Below are positions 38,213 to 47,363 of a stretch of 64,000 nucleotides of DNA, in pieces; position 1 is the first letter of the stretch; the number at the start of each line of letters is the position of its first letter. A program made the position numbers and the translations under genes. The DNA is from an uncultured Bacteroidaceae bacterium (GTDB taxonomy: Bacteria; Bacteroidota; Bacteroidia; Bacteroidales; GCA-2748055). The notes beneath the pieces are model-generated. The model was not told the origin of the DNA. It did no database searches and was given only the letters and a program-made list of their open reading frames with translations. The DNA lies in the NCBI GenBank assembly GCA_964432125.1, contig CAYSMO010000001.1:1126-65125 (forward strand), read 5' to 3'.

Positions 38213-41200
38213 TTAGTTATATTCTCCCCAACTCTTTATGGGGATCTCTTCCAGGTTGATCTTACAAAAAGCGTAAATAAAAGCACTCGCTAGACGCGCA
38301 TTGGTAATCAGTGGTATGTTGTAATCCACAGCAGAACGCCTGATGGTATAGTCGTTAGACAGCTCATGCGAGGTTAGGTTTTTGGGAATATTGACCACCA
38401 AATCGATCTGACCACTTGCCATGTGATCCAGCACATTCGGCTTTTTGTCTTCGTCTGGCCATGCCAGGTCGATCGATTCAAATCCATTCAGTTTTAAAAA
38501 TTCATGGGTGCCATGGGTGGCATACAGGTTATATCCACGCTCAACAAGCATCCGGCAAGAGTTGATTAATTCAACCTTTGAACGCATCGGACCGGTGGAT
38601 AGCAGGATATTCTTTTTCGGAATCGTATATCCTACTGAAAGCATCGCCTTCAGGATTGCTTCATAATAGGTGTCGCCTATGCACCCTACTTCACCCGTTG
38701 AAGACATGTCCACACCAAGAACCGGATCGGCTTTCTTTAATCTTGAAAAGGAGAACTGTGGTGCCTTGCAGCCAATATGTTCCAGGTCGAAGATCGATTT
38801 GTGTGGCTTCTCTACCGGTACATCCAGCATAATACATGTTGCCAGTTCGATCAGGTTTGTTTTCAATACCTTGGAGACAAAAGGCATACTCCTTGATGCC
38901 CTCAGGTTGCATTCAATTACCTTTATATCATTGTCCTTGGCCAGGAATTGCATATTGAAGGGACCTGAAATATCCAATGCCTCAGCTAGCTGACGGGCAA
39001 TCTTTTTTATCCTTCTTACCGTTTCGAAATAGATCTTTTGCGGAGGGAAAACAATGGTGGCGTCCCCGGAGTGAACGCCGGCAAATTCAACGTGCTCAGA
39101 GATGGCATAGGAGAACAATTCACCCTTCCTCGCAACTGCATCTATCTCAATCTCCTTCGCCTGCTCAATAAACTCTGAGACTACAACCGGGTATTGTTTG
39201 GATACTTTTGCCGCCAATGTGAGAAACTGTTCCAACTCTTCACCATTGGAGACCACATTCATTGCCGCACCTGATAATACATAGGAAGGACGTATTAACA
39301 GAGGATACCCTACTTCAGAAACAAATTCTTTAATCTCTTCAAGGCTGGTCAGTTCTTTCCATCGTGGTTGGTCAATCTCCAACTCGTCAAGCAGCATCGA
39401 AAACTTATGACGGTTCTCTGCATTGTCAATTGAAGCGGGTGAAGTTCCCAGGATATGAACATTTGCGTCGTGCAAACGCATAGCCAGGTTGTTGGGAATT
39501 TGACCTCCTACTGAGACGATTACTCCTTTCGGCTGCTCCAGATCATGAATATCCATGACCCTTTCGAAGGATAATTCATCAAAATAGAGCCGGTCACACA
39601 TATCGTAGTCGGTCGATACCGTCTCAGGATTATAATTGATCATGATCGACCTGTAGCCCTGATCATTCACGGTTTTTAATGCATTGACACTGCACCAGTC
39701 GAATTCCACGCTACTGCCAATACGGTATGCTCCCGATCCGAGTACGACAACTGATAGCTGGTCATTGAAAAATTCTATATCGTGCTCCCGACCACAGTAT
39801 GTGAGGTAGAGATAATTGGTTTTGGCCGGGTACTCAGCAGCCAGGGTATCAATCTGTTTTACATAGGGAACAATGTTCCTGCTGATTCTGTGCTCCCTGA
39901 TAATATGCATCTCTTCGGTCACATCTCCGTTGAGAATGATGCGGGCCAGTTGAAAATCGCTGAATCCGGCCATTTTGGATTGAAGTAGTAGCTCATCATC
40001 CAGGTCTGCCAGCGAAGATATCTTTTCAAGCCTGTTTTTCAGATCGAAAATGTTTTTCAGTTTGACCAGGAACCACTTGTCAATTTTAGTTAACTTATGT
40101 ATCTTTTCAATGCTATAGCCCTTTTCTAGGGCCTTTTCAATGACGATAATACGCATGTCGGTGGGCTCGGTCAGTTCTTTGTCGATATCATCAAATTCCA
40201 GGTTGAGATTGCCCACAAAGCCATGCATTCCCTGCCCGATCATACGGATCCCTTTCTGGATCGCCTCTTCAAATGTGCGACCAATGGCCATTACTTCCCC
40301 CACTGATTTCATGCTGGAATCGATCATCTTAGATACACCTGTGAATTTATTCAGGTCCCAGCGGGGTATCTTGCAGACAATATAGTCGAGCGCTGGCTCA
40401 AAGAATGCTGAAGTGGTTTTTGTGATAGAATTTTTTAACTCATGCAATCCGTATCCCAATCCCAGCTTGGCAGCAACAAAAGCAAGCGGATAACCAGTTG
40501 CCTTCGATGCAAGCGCAGAGGAGCGAGAGAGGCGTGCGTTGACCTCGATCACCCTGTAATCCTCCGATTCCGGATCCAAGGCATATTGAACATTGCACTC
40601 TCCGATGATCCCTATGTGCCTGATGATCTCAATGGCGAGCTTTCTTAGCTTATGATACTCACTATTCGTTAATGTCTGCGAAGGGGCAACAACAATACTT
40701 TCTCCAGTGTGAATCCCGAGAGGGTCAAAGTTTTCCATGTTACAAACCGTAATACAGTTGTCATACTTGTCACGCACCACTTCATATTCTACCTCTTTCC
40801 AGCCCTTGAGCGACTCCTCTACCAATATCTGTTTCGAATAGGAAAAGGCATTGACAGCAAGCTTTTGTAAATCCTCAGGATTGTAACAAAAACCACTTCC
40901 CTGTCCCCCCAGGGTATAAGCTGCCCTGATAATGATAGGAAACCCGAGCTTTTCTGAAGCTTTATGAGCATCTTCCACTGATGTAACCGCGATACTTCGG
41001 GGAGTCTTTACATTGATCTCCCTGAGCTTTCCTGCAAACAATTCCCGGTCTTCCGTATCCATGATCGCCTGAACAGGCGTTCCCAAGACTCTGACATTAT
41101 ATTTTTCCAGTATTCCCTTTTGAAATAATTCAACGCCGCAATTCAGGGCTGTCTGCCCTCCAAATGAAAGGAGTATTCCCTCAGGTTTCTCTTTTTGAAT

Positions 41201-41425
41201 GACCTTCTCAACAAAATCTACTGTAATAGGGAGAAAATATATCTCATCAGCTACCTCTGCTGAAGTCTGCACGGTCGCAATATTTGGATTGATCAGAACG
41301 GTTCTTACGCCCTCCTCTTTCAATGCTTTTAGTGCCTGGGAGCCGGAGTAGTCAAATTCTCCTGCTTCACCAATTTTCAATGCTCCTGAACCAAGAATAA
41401 GTACTTTGTTGATTTTTTCGGTCAT
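38213..41425 (-). CDS. carB: Carbamoyl-phosphate synthase large subunit
   Basis: 1070 aa with duplicated ATP-grasp halves. It begins KVLILGSGALKIGEAGEFDYSGSQA, has a second VVVLGSGAYRIGSSVEFDW, and a C-terminal MGS-like domain. Confidence 0.97.
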   Translation of the reverse strand: MTEKINKVLILGSGALKIGEAGEFDYSGSQALKALKEEGVRTVLINPNIATVQTSAEVADEIYFLPITVDFVEKVIQKEKPEGILLSFGGQTALNCGVELFQKGILEKYNVRVLGTPVQAIMDTEDRELFAGKLREINVKTPRSIAVTSVEDAHKASEKLGFPIIIRAAYTLGGQGSGFCYNPEDLQKLAVNAFSYSKQILVEESLKGWKEVEYEVVRDKYDNCITVCNMENFDPLGIHTGESIVVAPSQTLTNSEYHKLRKLAIEIIRHIGIIGECNVQYALDPESEDYRVIEVNARLSRSSALASKATGYPLAFVAAKLGLGYGLHELKNSITKTTSAFFEPALDYIVCKIPRWDLNKFTGVSKMIDSSMKSVGEVMAIGRTFEEAIQKGIRMIGQGMHGFVGNLNLEFDDIDKELTEPTDMRIIVIEKALEKGYSIEKIHKLTKIDKWFLVKLKNIFDLKNRLEKISSLADLDDELLLQSKMAGFSDFQLARIILNGDVTEEMHIIREHRISRNIVPYVKQIDTLAAEYPAKTNYLYLTYCGREHDIEFFNDQLSVVVLGSGAYRIGSSVEFDWCSVNALKTVNDQGYRSIMINYNPETVSTDYDMCDRLYFDELSFERVMDIHDLEQPKGVIVSVGGQIPNNLAMRLHDANVHILGTSPASIDNAENRHKFSMLLDELEIDQPRWKELTSLEEIKEFVSEVGYPLLIRPSYVLSGAAMNVVSNGEELEQFLTLAAKVSKQYPVVVSEFIEQAKEIEIDAVARKGELFSYAISEHVEFAGVHSGDATIVFPPQKIYFETVRRIKKIARQLAEALDISGPFNMQFLAKDNDIKVIECNLRASRSMPFVSKVLKTNLIELATCIMLDVPVEKPHKSIFDLEHIGCKAPQFSFSRLKKADPVLGVDMSSTGEVGCIGDTYYEAILKAMLSVGYTIPKKNILLSTGPMRSKVELINSCRMLVERGYNLYATHGTHEFLKLNGFESIDLAWPDEDKKPNVLDHMASGQIDLVVNIPKNLTSHELSNDYTIRRSAVDYNIPLITNARLASAFIYAFCKINLEEIPIKSWGEYN

Positions 41426-41525
41426 TCTATCACGGTTTTTAATTTGTAGATGATCAGACCGGTAATGTGAAGTGTCCGGTTTAAATTGATCCGGAGGCCA
41501 AAATTATGAAAAAAATCAGAAACTA

Positions 41526-41581
41526 TTGCATAAAATCATATAATTTGTATAAATTTGCAGAACTATTGTATAAATATACAA
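41526..41581. promoter_or_regulatory. Three tandem ARG-box-like sites (candidate ArgR operators) in the carB/argR divergent region
   Basis: TGCAT-AAAA-TCATA (41527), TGTAT-AAAT-TTGCA (41546) and the perfect palindrome TTGTATA-AA-TATACAA (41566-41581) are spaced 19 and 21 nt apart. The last ends 2 nt before the argR ATG. The pattern parallels the TGAAT-N4-ATTCA core of the E. coli ARG box. Confidence 0.5.
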
Positions 41582-41583
41582 AT

Positions 41584-42060
41584 ATGAGAGATAGAAATGA
41601 GAGGTTAATGGCGATCAGACGTTTGATCAACAGCATCAATATCTCTTCCCAGGAAGAATTGTTATCGTTGCTAGAGGACCAGGGTTTCGCGATGACACAA
41701 GCCACCCTGTCCAGGGATCTGAAACATTTACGGGTGGCTAAAATGCCAGATAATGACAAAGGATATATCTATATGCTTACGGAAAAGCAGTTGAGTGAGC
41801 CTACGGAGAACGATGAGATACAGATTACTGGTTTTGTCTCGATAGATTTCGCCCAGGGCATGGCGATTATGAAAACAACCCCAGGTCATGCAAGCAGTAT
41901 AGCCTATGCCCTTGATAACCTGAATTCATATGAGATTTCAGGCACAATTGCCGGTGATGATACCATCCTGATCATTCCAAGAGACGGAGTTACCAAGGGT
42001 GATCTCGTAAGGCTTCTGAAATCGCGTCTGCCAGGATTCAACAGAGACCTTATTAACTGA
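41584..42060 (+). CDS. argR: Arginine repressor
   Basis: ORF 41506..42060. I set the start at MRDRNERLMAIRRLI. The winged-helix region is SSQEELLSLLEDQGFAMTQATLSRDLKHL, and the C-terminal oligomerisation domain carries GTIAGDDTILII. Confidence 0.9.
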   Translation: MRDRNERLMAIRRLINSINISSQEELLSLLEDQGFAMTQATLSRDLKHLRVAKMPDNDKGYIYMLTEKQLSEPTENDEIQITGFVSIDFAQGMAIMKTTPGHASSIAYALDNLNSYEISGTIAGDDTILIIPRDGVTKGDLVRLLKSRLPGFNRDLIN

Positions 42061-42149
42061 TACATGAAGAGCAGGGAATAGATGCATGTATATCATTCGG
42101 AATTAGATATTTAAAAATTCATTAATTATATTATTAACAACTAAGAGTA

Positions 42150-42728
42150 ATGTCAGATTTTAAAATTTTTGTTGCGGGAGTCCAGGAACTGGGATACCTG
42201 GATGAAATTGAACAGGCAATTTATAACGCGTCCAAGGTCAAGGGAACGGGTATCGCTGTCAGAAGCAGTGAGTATCTGAAGACAAAGATCAAAGAAGGAA
42301 AATCCGTAATCGCGACTCACTCCAATGGAACATGGGCCGGCTTCTGTTACATTGAGTCCTGGGGACATAACAAATTTGTTGCCAACAGCGGACTGGTTGT
42401 CAACCCTCAATTCAGGGGATGCGGATTGGCGAGAAGGATCAAAGCAAGGGCGCTGGATTTGTCGGCGGATCTTTTTCCGGAGGCCAGTCTATTTGGCCTG
42501 ACCACAAGTCTGGCAGTAATGAAAATAAATAGCAGTCTGGGTTATAAACCGGTTACTTTTTCGGAACTTACCGACGATGATGAATTCTGGAAAGGTTGTC
42601 AGTCTTGCCCCTATTACGATATCCTCGTACGTACAAGAAGGGCCCACTGCCTTTGTACAGGTATGCTCAAGGAGAGTGAAGCTGATGAAAAATCCGGAAA
42701 GAGTAAGGAAAACGATAAGGCAGCCTGA
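42150..42728 (+). CDS. GNAT-family N-acyltransferase of the arginine cluster (candidate glutamate N-acyltransferase)
   Basis: Acyl-CoA binding motif VVNPQFRGCGLARRI. A C-terminal Cys cluster is present (CQSC ... CLC). It lies between argR and argG. The function is inferred from context only. Confidence 0.6.
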   Translation: MSDFKIFVAGVQELGYLDEIEQAIYNASKVKGTGIAVRSSEYLKTKIKEGKSVIATHSNGTWAGFCYIESWGHNKFVANSGLVVNPQFRGCGLARRIKARALDLSADLFPEASLFGLTTSLAVMKINSSLGYKPVTFSELTDDDEFWKGCQSCPYYDILVRTRRAHCLCTGMLKESEADEKSGKSKENDKAA

Positions 42729-42772
42729 CTGCTTCAAAAATGAGAACCTTTAGCTCATGGGCGCAGCGAATA

Positions 42773-42830
42773 ATAACGCAGTAGTTGACGTTTTGGCTTC
42801 CGCCGAGCTCGCAGGATCGGTTCTTGCAAT
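42773..42830. repeat. Copy B of the dispersed intergenic sequence block
   Basis: ATAACGCAGTAGTTGACGTTTTGGCTTCCGCCGAGCTCGCAGGATCGGTTCTTGCAAT. It shares blocks with 12832-12869, 56336-56375 and 59856-59884. Confidence 0.45.
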
Positions 42831-42845
42831 TAATTAATAGAACAT

Positions 42846-44042
42846 ATGGAAAACAAAGAAAGGGTTTTATTGGCCTTCAGCGGTGGACTGGACACTTCAT
42901 TTTGTGCAGTTTATCTTGCGAAGGCAAAGAGTTTTGAAGTACATACAGCAATTGTAGACACAGGGGGGTTTAATAAAGAGGAGTTGAAGAAGATCGACAG
43001 TCAGGCGAGAAAACTTGGTGTGGCATCTCATGAGGTGCTTGATGCTACAGAGGATTATTATAACAAATGTGTTCGCTTTATGCTTTATGGAAACGCACTT
43101 AGAAACAGAAATTATCCAATGTCTGTTAGTTCTGAGCGTTCATTCCAGGCCATTGCCCTGGTGGAGTATGCCCGGAAAAAGGGATTCAGTAGAATTGCAC
43201 ATGGTTCAACAGCTGCAGGAAACGACCAGGTACGATTTGATCTAACCATGCATGTACTGGCACCGGAAATTGAAATAATTACACCCATCCGCGAGCTTAA
43301 GATATCACGCAAAGATGAGATTGAATACCTGACTGATAATGGTGTTAAAGTGGAGACAGCAGAGGTCAAATACTCCATTAATAAAGGGTTATGGGGAACC
43401 AGTATCGGAGGAAAGGAAACCCTTACTAGTGATGAGGAACTTCCTGAAGATGCCTGGCCTTCAGGTCCGCCTAAATCCGGTACGGAACAAATAGAGATTG
43501 AATTTGAAAAGGGAGAACCAATTGCACTCAACGGCAAAAAATTGACTCCCCTGGAGGTGATTTGGAGACTGGACAAGCTCGGTTCAGAATATGCTATTGG
43601 GAGAGATATCCACGTGGGGGATACAATTATTGGAATTAAAGGTCGGATCGGATTTGAAGCAGCTGCTCCCAAAATGTTGATTGATGCACACCTTGCGCTT
43701 GAAAAGCATGTGCTTACCAGGTGGCAGTTACACTGGAAAGAACAGATCGGAAGCTGGTATGGAATGTTTGTTCACGAGGCCCAGTTTTTGGATCCGGTTA
43801 TGAGAAACCTGGAAGATTTCCTGGAATCTACACAAAAAAATGTATCAGGAACAGTTACTTTACGGCTTAGGCCTTTTCATCACATCGTAACCGGCGTTTC
43901 GAGCGAATTCGATCTGATGGATGCTGAATTTGCATCATATGGTGAGGAAAACCGTGACTGGAGCGCTAAAGATGTCGATGGATTTACCAAAATACTGGCT
44001 AATCAGCAGAAAATTTGGCAACAGAAGAATCGGAATGTTTAA
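42846..44042 (+). CDS. argG: Argininosuccinate synthase
   Basis: AFSGGLDTS (N-type ATP pyrophosphatase motif), with HGSTAAGNDQVRF and the full-length ArgG pattern. Confidence 0.95.
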   Translation: MENKERVLLAFSGGLDTSFCAVYLAKAKSFEVHTAIVDTGGFNKEELKKIDSQARKLGVASHEVLDATEDYYNKCVRFMLYGNALRNRNYPMSVSSERSFQAIALVEYARKKGFSRIAHGSTAAGNDQVRFDLTMHVLAPEIEIITPIRELKISRKDEIEYLTDNGVKVETAEVKYSINKGLWGTSIGGKETLTSDEELPEDAWPSGPPKSGTEQIEIEFEKGEPIALNGKKLTPLEVIWRLDKLGSEYAIGRDIHVGDTIIGIKGRIGFEAAAPKMLIDAHLALEKHVLTRWQLHWKEQIGSWYGMFVHEAQFLDPVMRNLEDFLESTQKNVSGTVTLRLRPFHHIVTGVSSEFDLMDAEFASYGEENRDWSAKDVDGFTKILANQQKIWQQKNRNV

Positions 44043-44059
44043 TATAGAATATAGATACA

Positions 44060-44851
44060 ATGACAAAAATAGGAATAATTGGAGCCGGAAATATTGGGGG
44101 AGCAATTGCCAGGGGATTGGTAACTCATGGAAATATTGATGCTAATAATGTGGTGATCAGCCGCAGGAAGCCGGAAAGGCTTAATAGTTTTGTCAAACTG
44201 GGAATAAATGCCACAATCAGCAATAAAGAGCTTGTTAGTAATTGCGGAGTTGTTATTCTTGCTGTGCTTCCGGGTCAGGCAGAAGCAATAGTATCAGATA
44301 TCTTTCCCTTATTGGATCCAGGGAAACATATTCTTGTAAGTGTCGTTTCGGGCGTCTCTATGCAAGAGTTGGAATCGTGGATTGAAAAAAAGGTCCCCGT
44401 TGTAAGAATAATGCCCAACACTGCCGTTGAGTTTGGCGAGTCGATGACATGCATTGCCGGGAACGATCCGGCAGCAGAACAGACCATTCAGGAGATCTTC
44501 GAACCGATGGGATCAACGATGATCATTCTTGAAAAACTTATGCCTGCTGCTACAATATTGGCAGCATGTGGTATTGCCTTTTTCCTGCGCTTTATCCGCG
44601 CAGAGACCCAGGGTGGAATACAGATCGGCTTTCATGCTTCAGAGGCTGGGAGAATTGCCGCGCAGACTGCCAAGGGAGCCGCCCAGATATTGCTTAGCAC
44701 CGGGAACCATCCTGAAAGGGAAATTGACAAGGTAACCACACCCATGGGCTGTACTATTGCGGGACTGAATGAGATGGAACATTATGGACTCAGTTCAGCC
44801 CTCATCAAAGGGATCATAACATCCTATTCTGGAATCAGTGACCTGAAATGA
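44060..44851 (+). CDS. proC: Pyrroline-5-carboxylate reductase
   Basis: IGIIGAGNIGGAIARGL Rossmann motif, with C-terminal TTPMGCTIAGL. Confidence 0.88.
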   Translation: MTKIGIIGAGNIGGAIARGLVTHGNIDANNVVISRRKPERLNSFVKLGINATISNKELVSNCGVVILAVLPGQAEAIVSDIFPLLDPGKHILVSVVSGVSMQELESWIEKKVPVVRIMPNTAVEFGESMTCIAGNDPAAEQTIQEIFEPMGSTMIILEKLMPAATILAACGIAFFLRFIRAETQGGIQIGFHASEAGRIAAQTAKGAAQILLSTGNHPEREIDKVTTPMGCTIAGLNEMEHYGLSSALIKGIITSYSGISDLK

Positions 44852-45906
44852 GTGTTTCTGGTAAATATCTGGAGCTGTTGTTGGAGCTGCTTGCGATTCC
44901 AGCTTTGAGCAGGAACGAGGAGAAACGCGCAGATTTTCTAGAAAACTGGCTGAAAAAGGACGGTTTCTCACTCGCAAGAATAGGAAATAACCTGGTTGTT
45001 ACCGCTGGAAATAATCCTGCCTTGTCAACAATCCTGCTTAATTCCCATATGGATACGGTTGCCCCGGGTGCCGGTTGGCAGAGCGATCCCTTTATTCCAT
45101 TATCAGAAGAGGGTCGGATTACAGGCCTCGGAAGCAATGATGCCGGAGCTTCGGTAATATCAATGGTAGCGGCTTACAGGAACCTGGCTGAACGGAATTT
45201 GGCAGACAGGGTCGTTATGGTAATATCTGCTGAAGAGGAGGTGAGCGGTGAGAATGGATTGTCGTCTGTGATCCCCGCTCTACCTGGACTGAAACTAGCG
45301 GTTGTGGGTGAACCCACATCCATGCAGCCTGCTATTGCTGAACGCGGATTGATGGTTGTTGATGCGGTGGCAACAGGGGTAGCGGGTCATGCCGCACGCG
45401 GTGAGGGAGAAAATGCGATCTACAAAGCAATGACCGATATCAGTACAATCCGGAAGATGGTTTTTAACAAACCTTCAAAATGGCTCCCCGATCCTTCTGT
45501 GAATGTCACGATGATTCATGCGGGTACCGGACATAATGTGGTGCCTGATAGGTGCGAATTCGTTGTTGATGTTAGAAGTAACGACCAATATTCAAATAAA
45601 GAGCTTCTGGAATTTTTAAAAAGCCATTGCAGTTCAGAGCTGATACCCAGGTCGTTGCGGCTAAACAGCTCTTTTCTAAATAAAAAACATCCGCTGTTTG
45701 AAATCTTCGGAAAAATGAACTTCAAACCCTTTGGGTCGCCCACTTTGTCGGATATGGCATTGCTTGATATTCCCGCTGTGAAGATTGGTCCGGGAGAATC
45801 CTCCCGATCGCATTCTGCCAATGAATTCATTCATATTTCAGAGATTGAACACGCGGTCGAATTGTATACCACTCTTCTTAAAGAAATATTAAAACAGACA
45901 TTATGA
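44848..45906 (+). CDS. M20-family metallohydrolase (N-acyl-ornithine deacylase, ArgE-like)
   Basis: LNSHMDTV, GSNDAGAS and SAEEEVSG metal-binding motifs. It has ATGA overlaps with both proC and argH. Confidence 0.75.
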   Translation: MSVSGKYLELLLELLAIPALSRNEEKRADFLENWLKKDGFSLARIGNNLVVTAGNNPALSTILLNSHMDTVAPGAGWQSDPFIPLSEEGRITGLGSNDAGASVISMVAAYRNLAERNLADRVVMVISAEEEVSGENGLSSVIPALPGLKLAVVGEPTSMQPAIAERGLMVVDAVATGVAGHAARGEGENAIYKAMTDISTIRKMVFNKPSKWLPDPSVNVTMIHAGTGHNVVPDRCEFVVDVRSNDQYSNKELLEFLKSHCSSELIPRSLRLNSSFLNKKHPLFEIFGKMNFKPFGSPTLSDMALLDIPAVKIGPGESSRSHSANEFIHISEIEHAVELYTTLLKEILKQTL

Positions 45907-47243
45907 GACTATGGGATAAAGAGAAGAAAACCGAAGAGGCGGTTATTCAGTTCACGGTTGGAAACGATCCATTGTTTGATAAACTACTTGCACCTTATGA
46001 TGTAATTGGCTCCATGGCCCATGCCATCATGCTGGGAGAGACCGGTATAATTTCATCGGAGGAGGCACAAAAATTGACGGATGCACTTATAGCATATTAT
46101 CCTGAGACCCTGAAAAAGGAGTTCCATCTAAATCCTGAGGATGAGGATGTGCATAGTCACCTGGAGAATTACCTGGTTAAAAAAGTGGGTGAACCGGGAA
46201 AGAAGATCCATACTGCCCGATCGAGAAATGACCAGGTACTTGTGGCGATGCAGTTGATGATGAAGGAGGAGTACAGGCTGATCATACAGGAGGCAATGGC
46301 TCTATTTGAAACGATCATCGGTCAGGCAGAAAGGTACCGTGAGGTCCTGATTCCCGGATATACACATACACAGATTGCTATGCCTTCCTCTATCGGTATA
46401 TGGCTCGGAGCGTATGCAGAATCTTTGGTGAACGACATGCAACTGTCTGCCGGCATTATTAAGGTATTGGATCAGAACCCGCTTGGCTCAGCCGCAGGAT
46501 ATGGATCTTCCTTTCCGATCGACAGGCACCTGACAACCAGATTGTCTGGTTTCAGGGAGTTACAGGTTAGTTCAGTTTCTGCACAGCTAAACCGGGGTAA
46601 GATGGAATTGGATATGGCATTTGGATTGAGTACCTTTGCAACAACCTTATCAAGGCTTGCGTCCGACATGATTCTTTTTATGAACCAGGACATGCATTTT
46701 ATTTCTTTCAGGGAGGAGCTGACAACCGGATCCAGCATCATGCCTCACAAAAAGAATCCCGATGTACTGGAACTGATCAGAGCCCATTGTAATACAGTAA
46801 TACAGTTACCTGCTATGCTTTCGGGTCTGTCGGCCAATTTAATATCCGGATATCACCGTGATTTTCAGCTTACCAAGGAGATTTTATTTCCCGGTATAGA
46901 AAAAATAAAGCAGTGTCTCTCAATGATGGGATTGATGGTGCATTCAATGATCCCCAGAGAAGAGATATTGAAAGATGAAAAATATAACCTGTTGTTCTCA
47001 GTGGAGGAGGTAAACAAGAAGATGATGGGAGGAATGACTTTCAGGGATGCCTACAGGGAGGTGGCAAGCGATATCGAAAAGGGAAGTTACAAACCGGATC
47101 GGGGGAACAGGTACACGCACGTAGGAAGTATCGGAAACCCGGGTATTGAACTGATACGTAAAAAGAAGCAGGAGGCAGCAGAGCTTTTAACAATACGGCC
47201 TGTTGCTGAGGTTTTTGAAACAATGAAAGGGTATTTAAAATAA
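45903..47243 (+). CDS. argH: Argininosuccinate lyase
   Basis: TARSRNDQV, with the fumarate-lyase signature GSSIMPHKKNPD. Confidence 0.95.
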   Translation: MRLWDKEKKTEEAVIQFTVGNDPLFDKLLAPYDVIGSMAHAIMLGETGIISSEEAQKLTDALIAYYPETLKKEFHLNPEDEDVHSHLENYLVKKVGEPGKKIHTARSRNDQVLVAMQLMMKEEYRLIIQEAMALFETIIGQAERYREVLIPGYTHTQIAMPSSIGIWLGAYAESLVNDMQLSAGIIKVLDQNPLGSAAGYGSSFPIDRHLTTRLSGFRELQVSSVSAQLNRGKMELDMAFGLSTFATTLSRLASDMILFMNQDMHFISFREELTTGSSIMPHKKNPDVLELIRAHCNTVIQLPAMLSGLSANLISGYHRDFQLTKEILFPGIEKIKQCLSMMGLMVHSMIPREEILKDEKYNLLFSVEEVNKKMMGGMTFRDAYREVASDIEKGSYKPDRGNRYTHVGSIGNPGIELIRKKKQEAAELLTIRPVAEVFETMKGYLK

Positions 47244-47363
47244 TCAGACCAATGTCTTTGAGCATTTGCTTTACCTCATTGCAGAGAATAACCAATAGAA
47301 ATTGTTTTTCTCAGGGTTTTTACAGACATTTTAAAAAACAAAGAAAAGTTTTAAATATTAATC

